NCBI GenBank assembly: GCA_963729395.1
Contig: CAVSOS010000013.1
Coordinates: 2,663-66,662 of the forward strand
Source: an uncultured Pseudomonadota bacterium
Lineage (GTDB): Bacteria > Pseudomonadota > Alphaproteobacteria > Rhizobiales > Xanthobacteraceae
DNA: 64,000 nucleotides
Direction: 5' to 3'
How positions within the stretch are numbered: position 1 is the first letter of the stretch; each line of letters begins with the position of its first letter. This document shows, piece after piece, positions 29,092 through 38,470 of this stretch. The translations under genes and the position numbers were made by a program. The notes beneath the pieces were generated by a model, which was not told the origin of the DNA, made no database searches, and was given only the letters and a program-made list of their open reading frames with translations.

Positions 29092-30327
29092 GTGACGTTG
29101 CATGCCATCAAGACCCATGCCATCAAGACCCTTGCCATCACGACCCTTGCCGCCGGCCTGTTGCTGCTCGGCGCCTCAAGCTGGGCGCGGGCCGAAGATG
29201 GCGTGCTGCGGGTCGGCATCATTACCGACATGAGCGGCCAATACGCCGACGGCAACGGTCCGGGCTCGGTGATCTCAGCGCAAATGGCGGCGGAGGATAT
29301 TGGCGGGACGGTCGCCGGCCGCCGCATCGAGATCATTTCCGCCGATCATCAGGACAAGCCGGATGTCGGCGTCGCCATCGTCCGCGACTGGATCGACAAC
29401 AAGCATGTCGATGTCATCGCCGAAGGCGTCACGTCTTCGGTGGCGCTGGCGATCCAGAACCTGACGCGCGAGCGCAAGAAGCTGTTCCTGATTTCAGGTT
29501 CGGGTTCTTCCGACCTCACCGGCAAGCAATGCTCGCCGACCAGCGTGCACTGGACCTACGACACCTACGCCTCCTCCAATGCGACCGCCAAGGCGGTGGT
29601 CGCGCGCGGCGGCACGCCGTGGTTCTTCCTCACCGCCGATTATGCGTTCGGTCAGGCGCTGGAACGCGATGCGACCAAGGCGGTGCTCACATCCGGCGGC
29701 AAGGTGCTTGGCGCGGTCCGGCATCCCTTCAACACCGCGGATTTTTCGTCCTTCCTGCTGCAGGCGCAATCGTCGGGCGCGAAAATTCTGGCGCTTGCCA
29801 ATGCCGGCGCGGATTTCCGCAACGCGATCGCGCAGGCCGATGAGTTCAACATCCGCCAGAGCATGCAGATCGTCGCGTTGCAGGTGACGCTGACCGACGT
29901 GCCGGCGCTCGGCCTTGCGCATGCCCATGACCTCCTGTTCACCGACTCGTTCTACTGGGACCGCACGCCCGAGACGCGGGCGTTCAGCAACGAGTTTTTC
30001 AAGCGGCACGGCGCGATGCCGACGGCCTATCAGGCCGGCGTCAATTCCTCGCTGCGGCATTACTTCAAGGCGGTAGCGGCGACCAACTCGGTCGATCCCG
30101 AGACCGTGATCGCGCAGATGCGCAAGATGCCGGTCCATGATTTTTTCGCACACGGCGGCAAGGTCCGCGAAGACGGCCGCATGGTGCACGACATGTATCT
30201 GATGCGGATCAAGAAGCCGGAAGAGTCCAAGCAGAAATGGGATCTCTACGAGTATCTCGCGACCGTTGCCGGTGACGACGCGTTTCGTCCGATGGCCGAG
30301 GGCGGCTGCCCCTATCTGGCGAAATAG
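29092..30327 (+). CDS. ABC transporter substrate-binding protein (branched-chain amino acid/LivJ-like family)
   Basis: GGAGG RBS + GTG; DMSGQYAD, ADHQDKPD, TADYAFG and REDGRMVHDMYL motifs. Confidence 0.92.
   Translation: MTLHAIKTHAIKTLAITTLAAGLLLLGASSWARAEDGVLRVGIITDMSGQYADGNGPGSVISAQMAAEDIGGTVAGRRIEIISADHQDKPDVGVAIVRDWIDNKHVDVIAEGVTSSVALAIQNLTRERKKLFLISGSGSSDLTGKQCSPTSVHWTYDTYASSNATAKAVVARGGTPWFFLTADYAFGQALERDATKAVLTSGGKVLGAVRHPFNTADFSSFLLQAQSSGAKILALANAGADFRNAIAQADEFNIRQSMQIVALQVTLTDVPALGLAHAHDLLFTDSFYWDRTPETRAFSNEFFKRHGAMPTAYQAGVNSSLRHYFKAVAATNSVDPETVIAQMRKMPVHDFFAHGGKVREDGRMVHDMYLMRIKKPEESKQKWDLYEYLATVAGDDAFRPMAEGGCPYLAK
29101..29151 (+). repeat. 15-bp tandem repeat (~3.4 units) in the signal-peptide region
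   Basis: CATGCCATCAAGACC x2, CTTGCCATCACGACC, CTTGCC. Confidence 0.85.
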
Positions 30328-30398
30328 GCCAAAGCGACGCCCAGGTTTTTCTTCCCAGCACAGACCGCATTGAGGGTGGCCAAAACAAAGGACAAAAC

Positions 30399-30432
30399 AA
30401 AAAAAGACGCGACGGGGTGACCCCGTCGCGTC
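30399..30432 (-). terminator. Intrinsic terminator of rreB
   Basis: GACGCGACGGGG-TCA-CCCCGTCGCGTC-TTTTTTT on the minus strand. Confidence 0.9.
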
Positions 30433-30494
30433 CCAACTTTTGTAACTCGCTGGTCCAGGCGCTGAGAGCGCCCTGTTGCCAGGCCTAAGCAAGC

Positions 30495-30539
30495 CTAGCG
30501 GGCGATCCCAGCGAGGTGACAGCGCTTGGTGTAAAACAC
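30495..30539 (-). CDS. rreB: 14-aa small ORF in a small mRNA with an extended Shine-Dalgarno
   Basis: GAAAGGAGGTGATCCAG (17-nt complement of the 16S 3' tail) overlaps the GTG; peptide MFYTKRCHLAGIAR; matches the described Bradyrhizobiaceae rreB. Confidence 0.85.
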   Translation of the reverse strand: MFYTKRCHLAGIAR

Positions 30540-30574
30540 TGGATCACCTCCTTTCGTTGTTGATGGAAACATCA

Positions 30575-30603
30575 ATATAGGCGCCGATTCGGCGCCTGTT
30601 AAG
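30575..30603 (-). promoter_or_regulatory. Sigma70-type promoter of rreB
   Basis: CTTAAC-N17-CTATAT, close to the rhizobial consensus. Confidence 0.75.
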
Positions 30604-30704
30604 GGCGGCAAGGAGCGGCTTGGGGAACGGCGGTGGTTTCGGGTCCCGACCGGCGCATAGCGGTTGAGGCGGCCTGCCGGGCGTGATAGGTGATCGGCCG
30701 AGAT

Positions 30705-30778
30705 GCGGGTGTAGCTCAATGGTAGAGCAGCAGCCTTCCAAGCTGAATACGAGGGTTCGATTCCCTTCACCCGCTCCA
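30705..30778 (+). tRNA. tRNA-Gly(TCC)
   Basis: GCGGGTGTAGCTCAATGGTAGAGC...TTCCAA...GGTTCGATTCCCTTCACCCGCTCCA. Confidence 0.96.
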
Positions 30779-31162
30779 GCGCTTTCATAGACTTAGCGAC
30801 AGGGTCGGATTTCATTCTGACAAATGGGCTGCTTTACATGTTTTGATGCTCACTTTCCGATCGACCGTTTCGCGGGTCTCTTGATACGCTGTCGTATTCC
30901 CCTCACTGCTCTGGACCGACTGAGGTGCGAGCTCATCAAAAACGAATATACTGGTTTGGAGAAGAGGTATTGAACGGGCGTCGGGAGATCGGCGACGATG
31001 GCGTAAAAATAGGACAGGTCGAACACAAGGCTTGCGAAGAGACGATCAGTTGGCAGTAGCCTTCTGCGACGGTGATCTGCACCTCGGTCCCGGAACTGGT
31101 GAGCCGCTCGGATTTGACCAATCGCTTAACCTAGGCTCGAGACATCGACTTATACACCAGAG

Positions 31163-31194
31163 GGTCACAGGTTCAAATCCTGTCCCCGCAGCCA
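31163..31194 (+). other. tRNA-fMet-like 3' fragment / att-like site
   Basis: GGTCACAGGTTCAAATCCTGTCCCCGCAGCCA, followed by a hairpin (31206..31241) and an IHF-like site (31272..31284). Confidence 0.7.
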
Positions 31195-31375
31195 AGACCG
31201 ATACCAAAAGCCAAGCAATCTCAATGGATTGCTTGGTTTTTGCTCTTAAGGTCGAGCTGTCGCCCCATCAAAATCAATGGCTTAGTTTCGTAGGTTCAAA
31301 TCACCCGCAACCAATTGCGGAATGCACAAGCGCTGCGGGCGAACGGTGATGATCGTCTCAGGCCCAAGATCAACT

Positions 31376-31954
31376 TCATCTCTCCGTCTTGACAGCGTCA
31401 CGCGCCAGTTTATGCGCGGCATCCAGTACCGATTTTGAAAGCGCGTCGTCGGAAAGCGCGCGGGAGATAATGACTGAGCCGGCAAGAAGAGAGAGGAGAG
31501 CCATCGCTCTCTCGCTCCCGGCCTCGTCGTCCATCAGCTCCTTGATCTCCTCGACGTATCGCTTGAATCTCTTCGTGTAGACGCCGCGCGCGTCCTTATT
31601 GCTGCGTTGAATATCTGCAGAAAGCGAAGCCAATACACATCCCCGTCCGGGGTTATCTCTGTGCGGAGTGCTCAAATACGCGTCTACAAAGCCGGGGAGG
31701 AGGCTTCCTTTGGAGTCCGGCTTGAGCTCCTCGAACAAATCAACGCGCGCATCATCGAAGGCACGGTCCAGCGCGCTGGTTACGAGATCGTCGCGAGAAG
31801 CAAAATGCCGATAGAAGCCGCCGTGGGTCAACCCGGCCGCCTTCATGAGTTCAGGCACGCTGAGACCGTCCAGTCCTTTCCGCCGGAATACTCTCGCCGC
31901 AATCGCTAGCAGCCGTTGATAAGTCTTCTGTTTTTGCTCCTGCGACGTACCCAT
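31376..31954 (-). CDS. TetR/AcrR family regulator
   Basis: LMKAAGLTHGGFYRHF HTH; HRDNPGRGC. Confidence 0.92.
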   Translation of the reverse strand: MGTSQEQKQKTYQRLLAIAARVFRRKGLDGLSVPELMKAAGLTHGGFYRHFASRDDLVTSALDRAFDDARVDLFEELKPDSKGSLLPGFVDAYLSTPHRDNPGRGCVLASLSADIQRSNKDARGVYTKRFKRYVEEIKELMDDEAGSERAMALLSLLAGSVIISRALSDDALSKSVLDAAHKLARDAVKTER

Positions 31955-31988
31955 ACGGTTTCCTTAAAAAAAGCGGCTTGACAATGTA

Positions 31989-32030
31989 GATGATGTACAT
32001 CATCCTTATTCAAGATGATGGCAATCATCT
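31989..32030. promoter_or_regulatory. Two palindromic operator sites in the divergent TetR promoter
   Basis: GATGATGTACATCATC (perfect) and AGATGATGGCAATCATCT, just after TTGACA at 31978. Confidence 0.75.
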
Positions 32031-32219
32031 ACATGCAATGGTCCAAAATTGCAATGGACCGTCGAAGGAAGGCAGCAAAGCCGATGTTGGACGGACGGGA
32101 ACGAGTGTGCGTGCCGGCGGCCGTCGCCAATATATCCAACCTTCGACTTCTGCTGGCGGCAAAGGATGGCAACGTCTCAAGCAACGGGATGTCATCACTG
32201 GTGGGCATGAAAATCCAAA

Positions 32220-32317
32220 AGGTGGATGAGCCGGGCGGACATTTCGACGTGCATGCGTCAAGTTTTAACCAGGCGTCGCAAGCTGCGATCGCCTGGTTCC
32301 GCGAACACCTTGCCTGA
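32220..32317 (+). pseudogene. C-terminal remnant of an alpha/beta hydrolase
   Basis: PGGHFDV...ASQAAIAWFREHL. Confidence 0.5.
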
Positions 32318-32353
32318 GACCGACATAACGACCGAAATGCGAAAGGAAATCCG

Positions 32354-32896
32354 ATGCCTATGATTCACTTCCATTATCCTGAGGGCTCGCTGAGCAAGGC
32401 CCAGAAGAAGTTGCTGGCGGAGAAGTTGACGCACGTTGTTGTCGAAATCGAGGGTGGGGCCGGAGCGGACGGTCCAAAGGCACGTTCGATATCGTGGGTC
32501 ATGTTCTACGAAGTGGCTGAGGACTCTTGGGCGATTGGCGGAACATTCGACAATACCTATGTGGCACCACCCGGCAAGTTTCTGGCCAACGTCCATGTAC
32601 CGGAAGGCTCGCTGAGCGGCGCCAGAAAAGCGATGGTTCAAAAGGCGGTTTTTGAGGCGGTGTTCGAGACGTTTGGCGTTGAAGTGCCGAAAGATCCGGA
32701 CAGCGTGTTTCCGAGCATCTTCGTGATGATCACCGAGTGGCCGGAAGGAAACATGGGCGCGCGCGGCAAGGTTTTCGGCCTCGCGGACATCGGCGCCTAC
32801 ATCGGCGGAAGCGGCGACAGCGAAATCCGCAAGCGGGGCAAGGCATATCTGATGGCACGCGCGGCTCACCGTGCTGCGGCCGGTTTCCCCGAGTAA
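32354..32896 (+). CDS. Tautomerase family protein (fused 4-OT-like)
   Basis: N-terminal catalytic Pro (MPMI), two beta-alpha-beta repeats, WAIGG. Confidence 0.8.
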   Translation: MPMIHFHYPEGSLSKAQKKLLAEKLTHVVVEIEGGAGADGPKARSISWVMFYEVAEDSWAIGGTFDNTYVAPPGKFLANVHVPEGSLSGARKAMVQKAVFEAVFETFGVEVPKDPDSVFPSIFVMITEWPEGNMGARGKVFGLADIGAYIGGSGDSEIRKRGKAYLMARAAHRAAAGFPE

Positions 32897-32928
32897 AAAC
32901 CGGCGCCATGTCGGGAGCGAGAGCGACG

Positions 32929-33744
32929 ATGCATAGCTTTGTCACGTTTCTGCGCAGCGACCGAGGTGGTGTCGCGCTGATAGAGATCAGCAACCCTCCG
33001 GTGAACCTGGTCGATCTGGAGTTCATGAAGGACCTCACCGCGCTTTGTGAAGACCTCGAAGCCAGTGACGAAATCAAGGTCGTCGTATTCCGCAGCAGTC
33101 TTCCCGACTACTTCGTCAATCATTTCGACCTGTCGTCGAAGTCGTTTCCGAAAGCCGACGCGCCTCCGCCGGTTCCGCTGTTTCGCTTGTTGGTGCGTCT
33201 GGCTGCCCTTCCGCAAGTGACGATTGGCGAAATACGCGGCCGTGTTCGCGGCGGCGGCAGCGAATTTTGTCTGGCGCTCGATCTGCGCTTCGCCTCCAGG
33301 CAGAATGCGTTCTTCGGTCAGCCGGAGGTCGGGGTTGGACTTCACCCGGGTGCCGGTGGCACGCAGCGGCTCCCGGCGCTGCTGGGTCGGGCCCGGGCGT
33401 TGGAAGTGATGCTGTCTGGTGCGGACTACAGCGCTACAATCGCGGAGCAGTATGGCTGGGTCAATCGGGCCTTGCCCGATGACGAATTGACCGCCTTCGT
33501 CGATGCGCTGGCCAGTCGGATTGCCAGCTTTCCTTCAGTCGGATTGCGAAACGTCAAAGCATTCGTCAACAGGTCATTTCTTCCTGCAGAAGATGCCCTC
33601 ATCGCGGAGTCGAAGGCTTTCCGTGCGACGCTTGCAAACCCAGAATTTGTGGGCCGGCTTCAATGGCTGTTTCGGCAGGGCGCCCAAATACCGGGCCGCA
33701 CCGAGCTGAACCTGGGCGCCGTGCTTGGCGAGTTTCCCGGATAG
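32929..33744 (+). CDS. Enoyl-CoA hydratase/isomerase family protein
   Basis: NPPVNL, GRVRGGGSEF, FGQPEVGVG and GGTQRL motifs. Confidence 0.9.
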   Translation: MHSFVTFLRSDRGGVALIEISNPPVNLVDLEFMKDLTALCEDLEASDEIKVVVFRSSLPDYFVNHFDLSSKSFPKADAPPPVPLFRLLVRLAALPQVTIGEIRGRVRGGGSEFCLALDLRFASRQNAFFGQPEVGVGLHPGAGGTQRLPALLGRARALEVMLSGADYSATIAEQYGWVNRALPDDELTAFVDALASRIASFPSVGLRNVKAFVNRSFLPAEDALIAESKAFRATLANPEFVGRLQWLFRQGAQIPGRTELNLGAVLGEFPG

Positions 33745-34099
33745 GCACAGCTCGCACGGCTGTGGGAGATGACTACGCTTGAATAAAGTACGCGCACCAT
33801 CGATCGGATGGAAAACCAACGGTCAGGTCGACCTGTCCCTCAGTTCATGTGGCGACCTCGAATAGCAATTTGAGATGGTTGCATGTCCCCGCTTTGAACC
33901 TACCTCGCGCCCGAGCCGACGGTTCTGCGACCATGGGGCTCGCAACCGCCATTCTGACAACGAGAAATTCCGTAGGGATCCCAAGAGGTCAAAAAGCTGA
34001 AAAATGTCAGAACGGCCTTTGAAAACACTGCAGTATTTCGAGACTTCCAAGCTGAATACGAGGGTTCGATTCCCTTCACCCGCTCCAGGCAATTCAGCG

Positions 34100-34533
34100 A
34101 CTTTGATCGCGCCCAACAGGCGCCGGCCTTCCTTGGTGTACCGCTCAATTGCGTAAGGCACTTTCTCTGTGGCGTAGCGATGGAAATGCTGCGCCTGGCC
34201 GAGCATCGGACCAAGGCCTCCCATCTGCCACATGAGCCATTGCATCACCTCGGAGCGCGATCGGGGGTCTGATGGCATCAATTGTCCCGTCTTGTCGGCG
34301 AGGTATATCAGGATCGCGCCTGTCTCAAATACCGTGAGCGGTTTGCCGCCCGGACCGTCTTCATCGACGATCGTCGGTACTTTGTTGTTCGGGTTGAGAG
34401 CGAGATACTGCGGATTGAACTGAGCGCCACGGATGATGTCGACCGGACATACCGTGTAGGGCACACCGACTTCCTCAAGCATGATCTGGATCTTGTGACC
34501 GTTGGGGGTCGGCCAGGTGTGGAGTTGAATCAT
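34100..34533 (-). pseudogene. Glutathione S-transferase (YfcG-like), 3'-truncated at the att site
   Basis: TPNGHK, NPNNKVP, ETGAIL and QMGGLGPMLGQ; similarity ends at EGRRLLG and the frame then reads through the tRNA repeat. Confidence 0.85.
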
Positions 34534-34766
34534 GGGTATGCCATTGGGTTAGTAGCATAAAGGGGGCGAGGCGTCGGGTGAACACGGAGGTCGACCCTGC
34601 CGTTGCCACAAATGACATAACGATGATAGTTTTCGATAACATCGTTATAATATGTATGTCAAGGCGCGACGAGAAAAGCAAACGCTGCGCTACTACGGCG
34701 CAGCTATCACGAGCCGAAGAACAGCGACTTAGACTGGGAGCGCCTTTTTGAGGCTGGCGGCCGCGC

Positions 34767-35420
34767 TCAGTCGCGGGAACGCCTGGAACTGGGCCCCACT
34801 GTTCCTCGGTAGAAGGTTGCCAGACATTCGTCGACCAGCTGGTCCACATCTAACGACAGGATTTTCAGACGACCGGTCCTGAACATGAGCAGCACGCCGA
34901 ACATCCAGGACGCTCCGGCGACCGCCTTCTCATGCTTTTCCGAAGCCTTGACCAGACCGTCGGCTTCCAGCGCGTCAGCAGCGGCGGCATAAACGCGCTT
35001 CAGCCTGACATTCAACTCCCGGTTCAGATCCTTGCCGACGCCGGCAGGCTTGGCCCCGCCGTACAGGTAGAAACCGAGATCGTACTCGGCTGGCCTTTCG
35101 CGGAAATATTCGAACCAGGCGCGGAGGGCAGCAGCACCTTTCCGACCAACCTGGGCGGCGGCCGCCGCCTGCTCGACGGCGTCTGCCATACTAGTCAAGG
35201 ACTCGCGGAGGATATCGGCGTAGACGTCCTCCTTGCTCGCATACTGAGCATAGATGGCTCCGGTCGTGTATCCCGCCGCTTTGGCAATCTCACGAACGGA
35301 GGTTTCATGCAGGCCGACCTTGACGAAGACACGCTTGGCGGCTTCTCGAATGAGTTCCCGCTTGAAGGCGCTCATGGCGGCCTTGCGCCTTTCGATTTCC
35401 GGATCCGAAGCGCTTGCCAT
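34767..35420 (-). CDS. TetR/AcrR family regulator
   Basis: SVREIAKAAGYTTGAIYAQYASKE HTH. Confidence 0.9.
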   Translation of the reverse strand: MASASDPEIERRKAAMSAFKRELIREAAKRVFVKVGLHETSVREIAKAAGYTTGAIYAQYASKEDVYADILRESLTSMADAVEQAAAAAQVGRKGAAALRAWFEYFRERPAEYDLGFYLYGGAKPAGVGKDLNRELNVRLKRVYAAAADALEADGLVKASEKHEKAVAGASWMFGVLLMFRTGRLKILSLDVDQLVDECLATFYRGTVGPSSRRSRD

Positions 35421-35813
35421 ACGTAGCGCCGCCTTTTCGCTGTTCTACTTCACGAACCATCGGGGGACCGCTCCCGCCGATGTCACCGTCGTTTGTCGCC
35501 GCGACTTGCCCGTCGGGTCAACCCATAGATCATCCCCATCGTTCCTTTTTGAAGGAAAGGGCCGGCTCGGTCCTGCACCCGGCGTGTCGAGCCTGCGCTC
35601 GCTCATAACGCCCGAGTCGCTGTTCCCGGCGAAGATATCGAACTTGCAAAGTCGCTAACTTAGCATTTATAACGATTGATCTCATTGTATAACAACGTTA
35701 TAAAATTGTCCAGCGCTGTCGAAATCGCGATGCGAAGTCAGTACTCAATCTTTGTGAGCGCAGCTTCGGCTCTCGCGTGAGCCGGCCGCCCACCAATTCT
35801 GAAGGAGTATAAC

Positions 35814-36611
35814 ATGCCTTGGAGCATCGAGCGTAAACACGACCACGTCGCTGTCGTGACGATGAATACCAACAAGGTCAATGCGCAAAACCCGGCATTC
35901 TTTGACGATCTTCATGCCGCGTTCGATCGCCTCGAAACCGAGTTCGATGACTGTGCCGTCGTTCTGACCGGGATGGGGAAAGTGTTCTCGGCAGGACTCG
36001 ATCTGGATCATCACTTCGCGATGTACGCGCGCCGCAATCTCAAGGAGATCGATGGTTGGTTCGCGGCTTATCGCGCTACCAATCTTCGTCTGTTTACCTA
36101 TTCCCGACCCACCGTCGCGGCAATCAATGGCCATGCTTATGCGGGCGGGTTCATCACGGCGATCGACTGCGACTATCGGATCGCGACCGAAGGCGCTCTG
36201 CAATTTTCATTGAATGAGGTGCCGATCGGAATTCCGATGCCAGCGGTTTATTGCGAGATCATCAAATACGCGATCGGCACGCAGGCCGCGTCCGAGTTCA
36301 CGCTTTTCGGTCAGGTTTACGATCTGGAGGCCGCAAGCCGGATGGGCGTCGTGCAGAAGAAGGTGGCGCCGGACCAGCTTCTGGATGCCGCCGTTGCCTG
36401 GGCCGCTCATGTGACGCCTGACTGCTATCCGGCCTATTCATTTGCCAAGCGCGCCTTACAGGCAACGACGATGGCCGCAATCGATTCAGCGGCGCGACTC
36501 GATCTGGATTGGCTGTCGCGGGGCATGTCGGATCCCAAGAGTTTGCGCGCGAATGCACGTCGCTACCGCGAGTTGAAGGGTCGGGACATCACCTGGCCGC
36601 TGCCCGCCTAA
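35814..36611 (+). CDS. Enoyl-CoA hydratase/isomerase family protein
   Basis: FSAGLDL, AINGHAYAGG, LNEVPIG; AAGGAG RBS. Confidence 0.92.
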   Translation: MPWSIERKHDHVAVVTMNTNKVNAQNPAFFDDLHAAFDRLETEFDDCAVVLTGMGKVFSAGLDLDHHFAMYARRNLKEIDGWFAAYRATNLRLFTYSRPTVAAINGHAYAGGFITAIDCDYRIATEGALQFSLNEVPIGIPMPAVYCEIIKYAIGTQAASEFTLFGQVYDLEAASRMGVVQKKVAPDQLLDAAVAWAAHVTPDCYPAYSFAKRALQATTMAAIDSAARLDLDWLSRGMSDPKSLRANARRYRELKGRDITWPLPA

Positions 36612-36741
36612 GACCATCAGTTGTCGTCTAACGGGTCACGCGTTGGAAGGAGCGCACGCATCGGAAACCGGACAAAGCGTGCGCCCCGTCTTTTCTCACT
36701 CACAGCGCGATGGGCGCACCGGCCGGTTCGGCGACGCGTTT

Positions 36742-37137
36742 CTATTCAACAGCCAGTCCGGGTGGCGTGGCGATCTCGATCACGACGCCGCCCGGAGCGT
36801 TGCAATAGAAGGTGGTGACGCGGCTGCCGCCCCGGCTCAGGTCCTGAACCGTTTCCGGCGACAGGCCGGCTTGCGCAAGTTCATCATGCTTGGCCTGCAC
36901 GGCGTCGCGGGCGCCGACATAGAAGCCGACATGAAACGTTTCCGGATACGCGGCCGGGTCGTGCTTTTTCGCCTTCATCAACGTCAGGACGAATTCATCC
37001 TGATTGCACATCAGTGCGAAGGCATCCTGTCCGCGCGTAGCGAGGCGCTTGAGCCCGAAGAACCGCTCGAAGAACAGCACGAGGCCGCCCACATCGGAAG
37101 TAGCGAGATTGAGGTGTTTCAGTTGCATTGGCATCAT
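36742..37137 (-). CDS. VOC/glyoxalase family protein
   Basis: LKHLNL, FHVGF, FYCNAPGGVVIEI. Confidence 0.85.
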   Translation of the reverse strand: MMPMQLKHLNLATSDVGGLVLFFERFFGLKRLATRGQDAFALMCNQDEFVLTLMKAKKHDPAAYPETFHVGFYVGARDAVQAKHDELAQAGLSPETVQDLSRGGSRVTTFYCNAPGGVVIEIATPPGLAVE

Positions 37138-37450
37138 CCGTTCATGGTTGAGGGACGGGCGCAGATGAAGCCGACGATGCCGGGAGAGCCGAAAGCAAGG
37201 TTTCCACGAACCGCCGGCACCGTGACATTCTCTGTCACTGCGTCCGGCCGTGGATCCAAACCACAAAGTGGCGGATAGAATTCCCGGTGGTCAGGAATTG
37301 GCCGGGCTTACCAAGCCGGCCATGTCTTTTTCGGCATCTAAATTGTAGCTGAAAGCGCGGTTTCAGGCAAGCCGACGCAACATTACCTTGAGGATTGTCA
37401 GCGCGCGGACCGCGGGCGCTGGCCCGTATCGGTGAAAGAAGAAATCAGTC

Positions 37451-38456
37451 ATGGTCGTCACGCGTGCTTGGGCAATCGTCGCGCTCGTCTTTTGTTCTTT
37501 CATCAATGGAGCCGCCATGGCTTTTGATATTATGGCTTTTGACATTGAGGCGCACCGCGGGGGGCGGGCGCTGTTTCCCGAGAACACGCTGCCCGCCTTT
37601 GCGAACGCGCTCACGATGGGCGTGACCACGCTGGAACTCGATATTGGCGTTACCAAAGATGGTGCGATCGTGGTCTCGCACGAGCGCGGGCTCAATCCGG
37701 ACCTCGCCCGTAATACAGACGGCGTCTATGTGGCGCCGCCCGGCACTCCCTTCGTTCAATTGTCGCTCGCAGAGGTCAAGACCTATGACGTAGGTCAGAT
37801 CAGGCCTGGCAGCGCCTACGCGGCACAGTTTCCCGATCAGCACGCGGTGCCGGGAACGCGGATTCCAACACTCAGCGAAGTCCTGGCCCTGGTGCGGAAA
37901 TCGGGCGACAGCCATGTGCGGCTCAATATCGAAACCAAAATCGATCCCAATCACCCGGAGCAGTCGCCGGAGCCGCAGCGCTTCGTCACGCTGCTCTTGG
38001 ATCTGCTCCAGGCCGAGAAGTTCAGCGACCGCGTCACGATTCAGTCCTTTGACTGGCGGACATTGCAGCTGGTGCAGAAATTGGCGCCCGCGATACCGAC
38101 AGTCTATCTCACTCTGCAAAAAGGATCAGGTGCGACCATTTCGCTGGACAGGGCTTCGGAGTGGACGGCTGGCTTCAATCCCGCCGAGTACGGCCATTCA
38201 CTTCCGCGCACGATCAAGGCGGCCGGTGGCGCGATCTGGTCGCCCCACTTCGGCGATGTCAATGCCGAGCTGATATCCGAGATCTCATCGCCTCGGCCTC
38301 TCGGTCGTGGTCTGGACCGTCAACAAGCCTGCGGATATGGCGCGAATGATCGAAATCGGAGTGGAAGGAATTATCTCGGATCGTCCGGACTTGTTGCGGC
38401 AAACGGCCGGCGAGGCGGGCGTTACTCTGCCGACCGGCTCGCCGGTCACTCCGTAA
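37451..38456 (+). CDS. Glycerophosphodiester phosphodiesterase, frameshift near 38283
   Basis: AHRGGR..PENTL, LELD, NIETK, QSFDW; the C-terminus VWTVN...GIISDRPD lies in another frame ending TAA 38456. Confidence 0.85.
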
Positions 38457-38470
38457 GCGATGCTGGCGGC

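Larger units (their letters stand above)
30735..34088. mobile_element. Integrase-less island at tRNA-Gly
   Basis: Identical 45-bp direct repeat of the tRNA 3' half (30735..30779, 34044..34088); CATTCTGACAA near both ends. Confidence 0.85.

Noticed and set aside
30539-30555. CTGGATCACCTCCTTTC looks like the 3' end of a 16S rRNA gene
   Set aside because: No other rRNA sequence flanks it; it is the extended SD of rreB on the opposite strand.
31163-31313. Extra functional tRNA genes here, at 34044..34088 and at 18852..18889
   Set aside because: Only half-tRNA sequences are present; treated as att scars.
33823-34100. GST with a novel C-terminal domain
   Set aside because: It is read-through across the antisense tRNA-Gly repeat after truncation.
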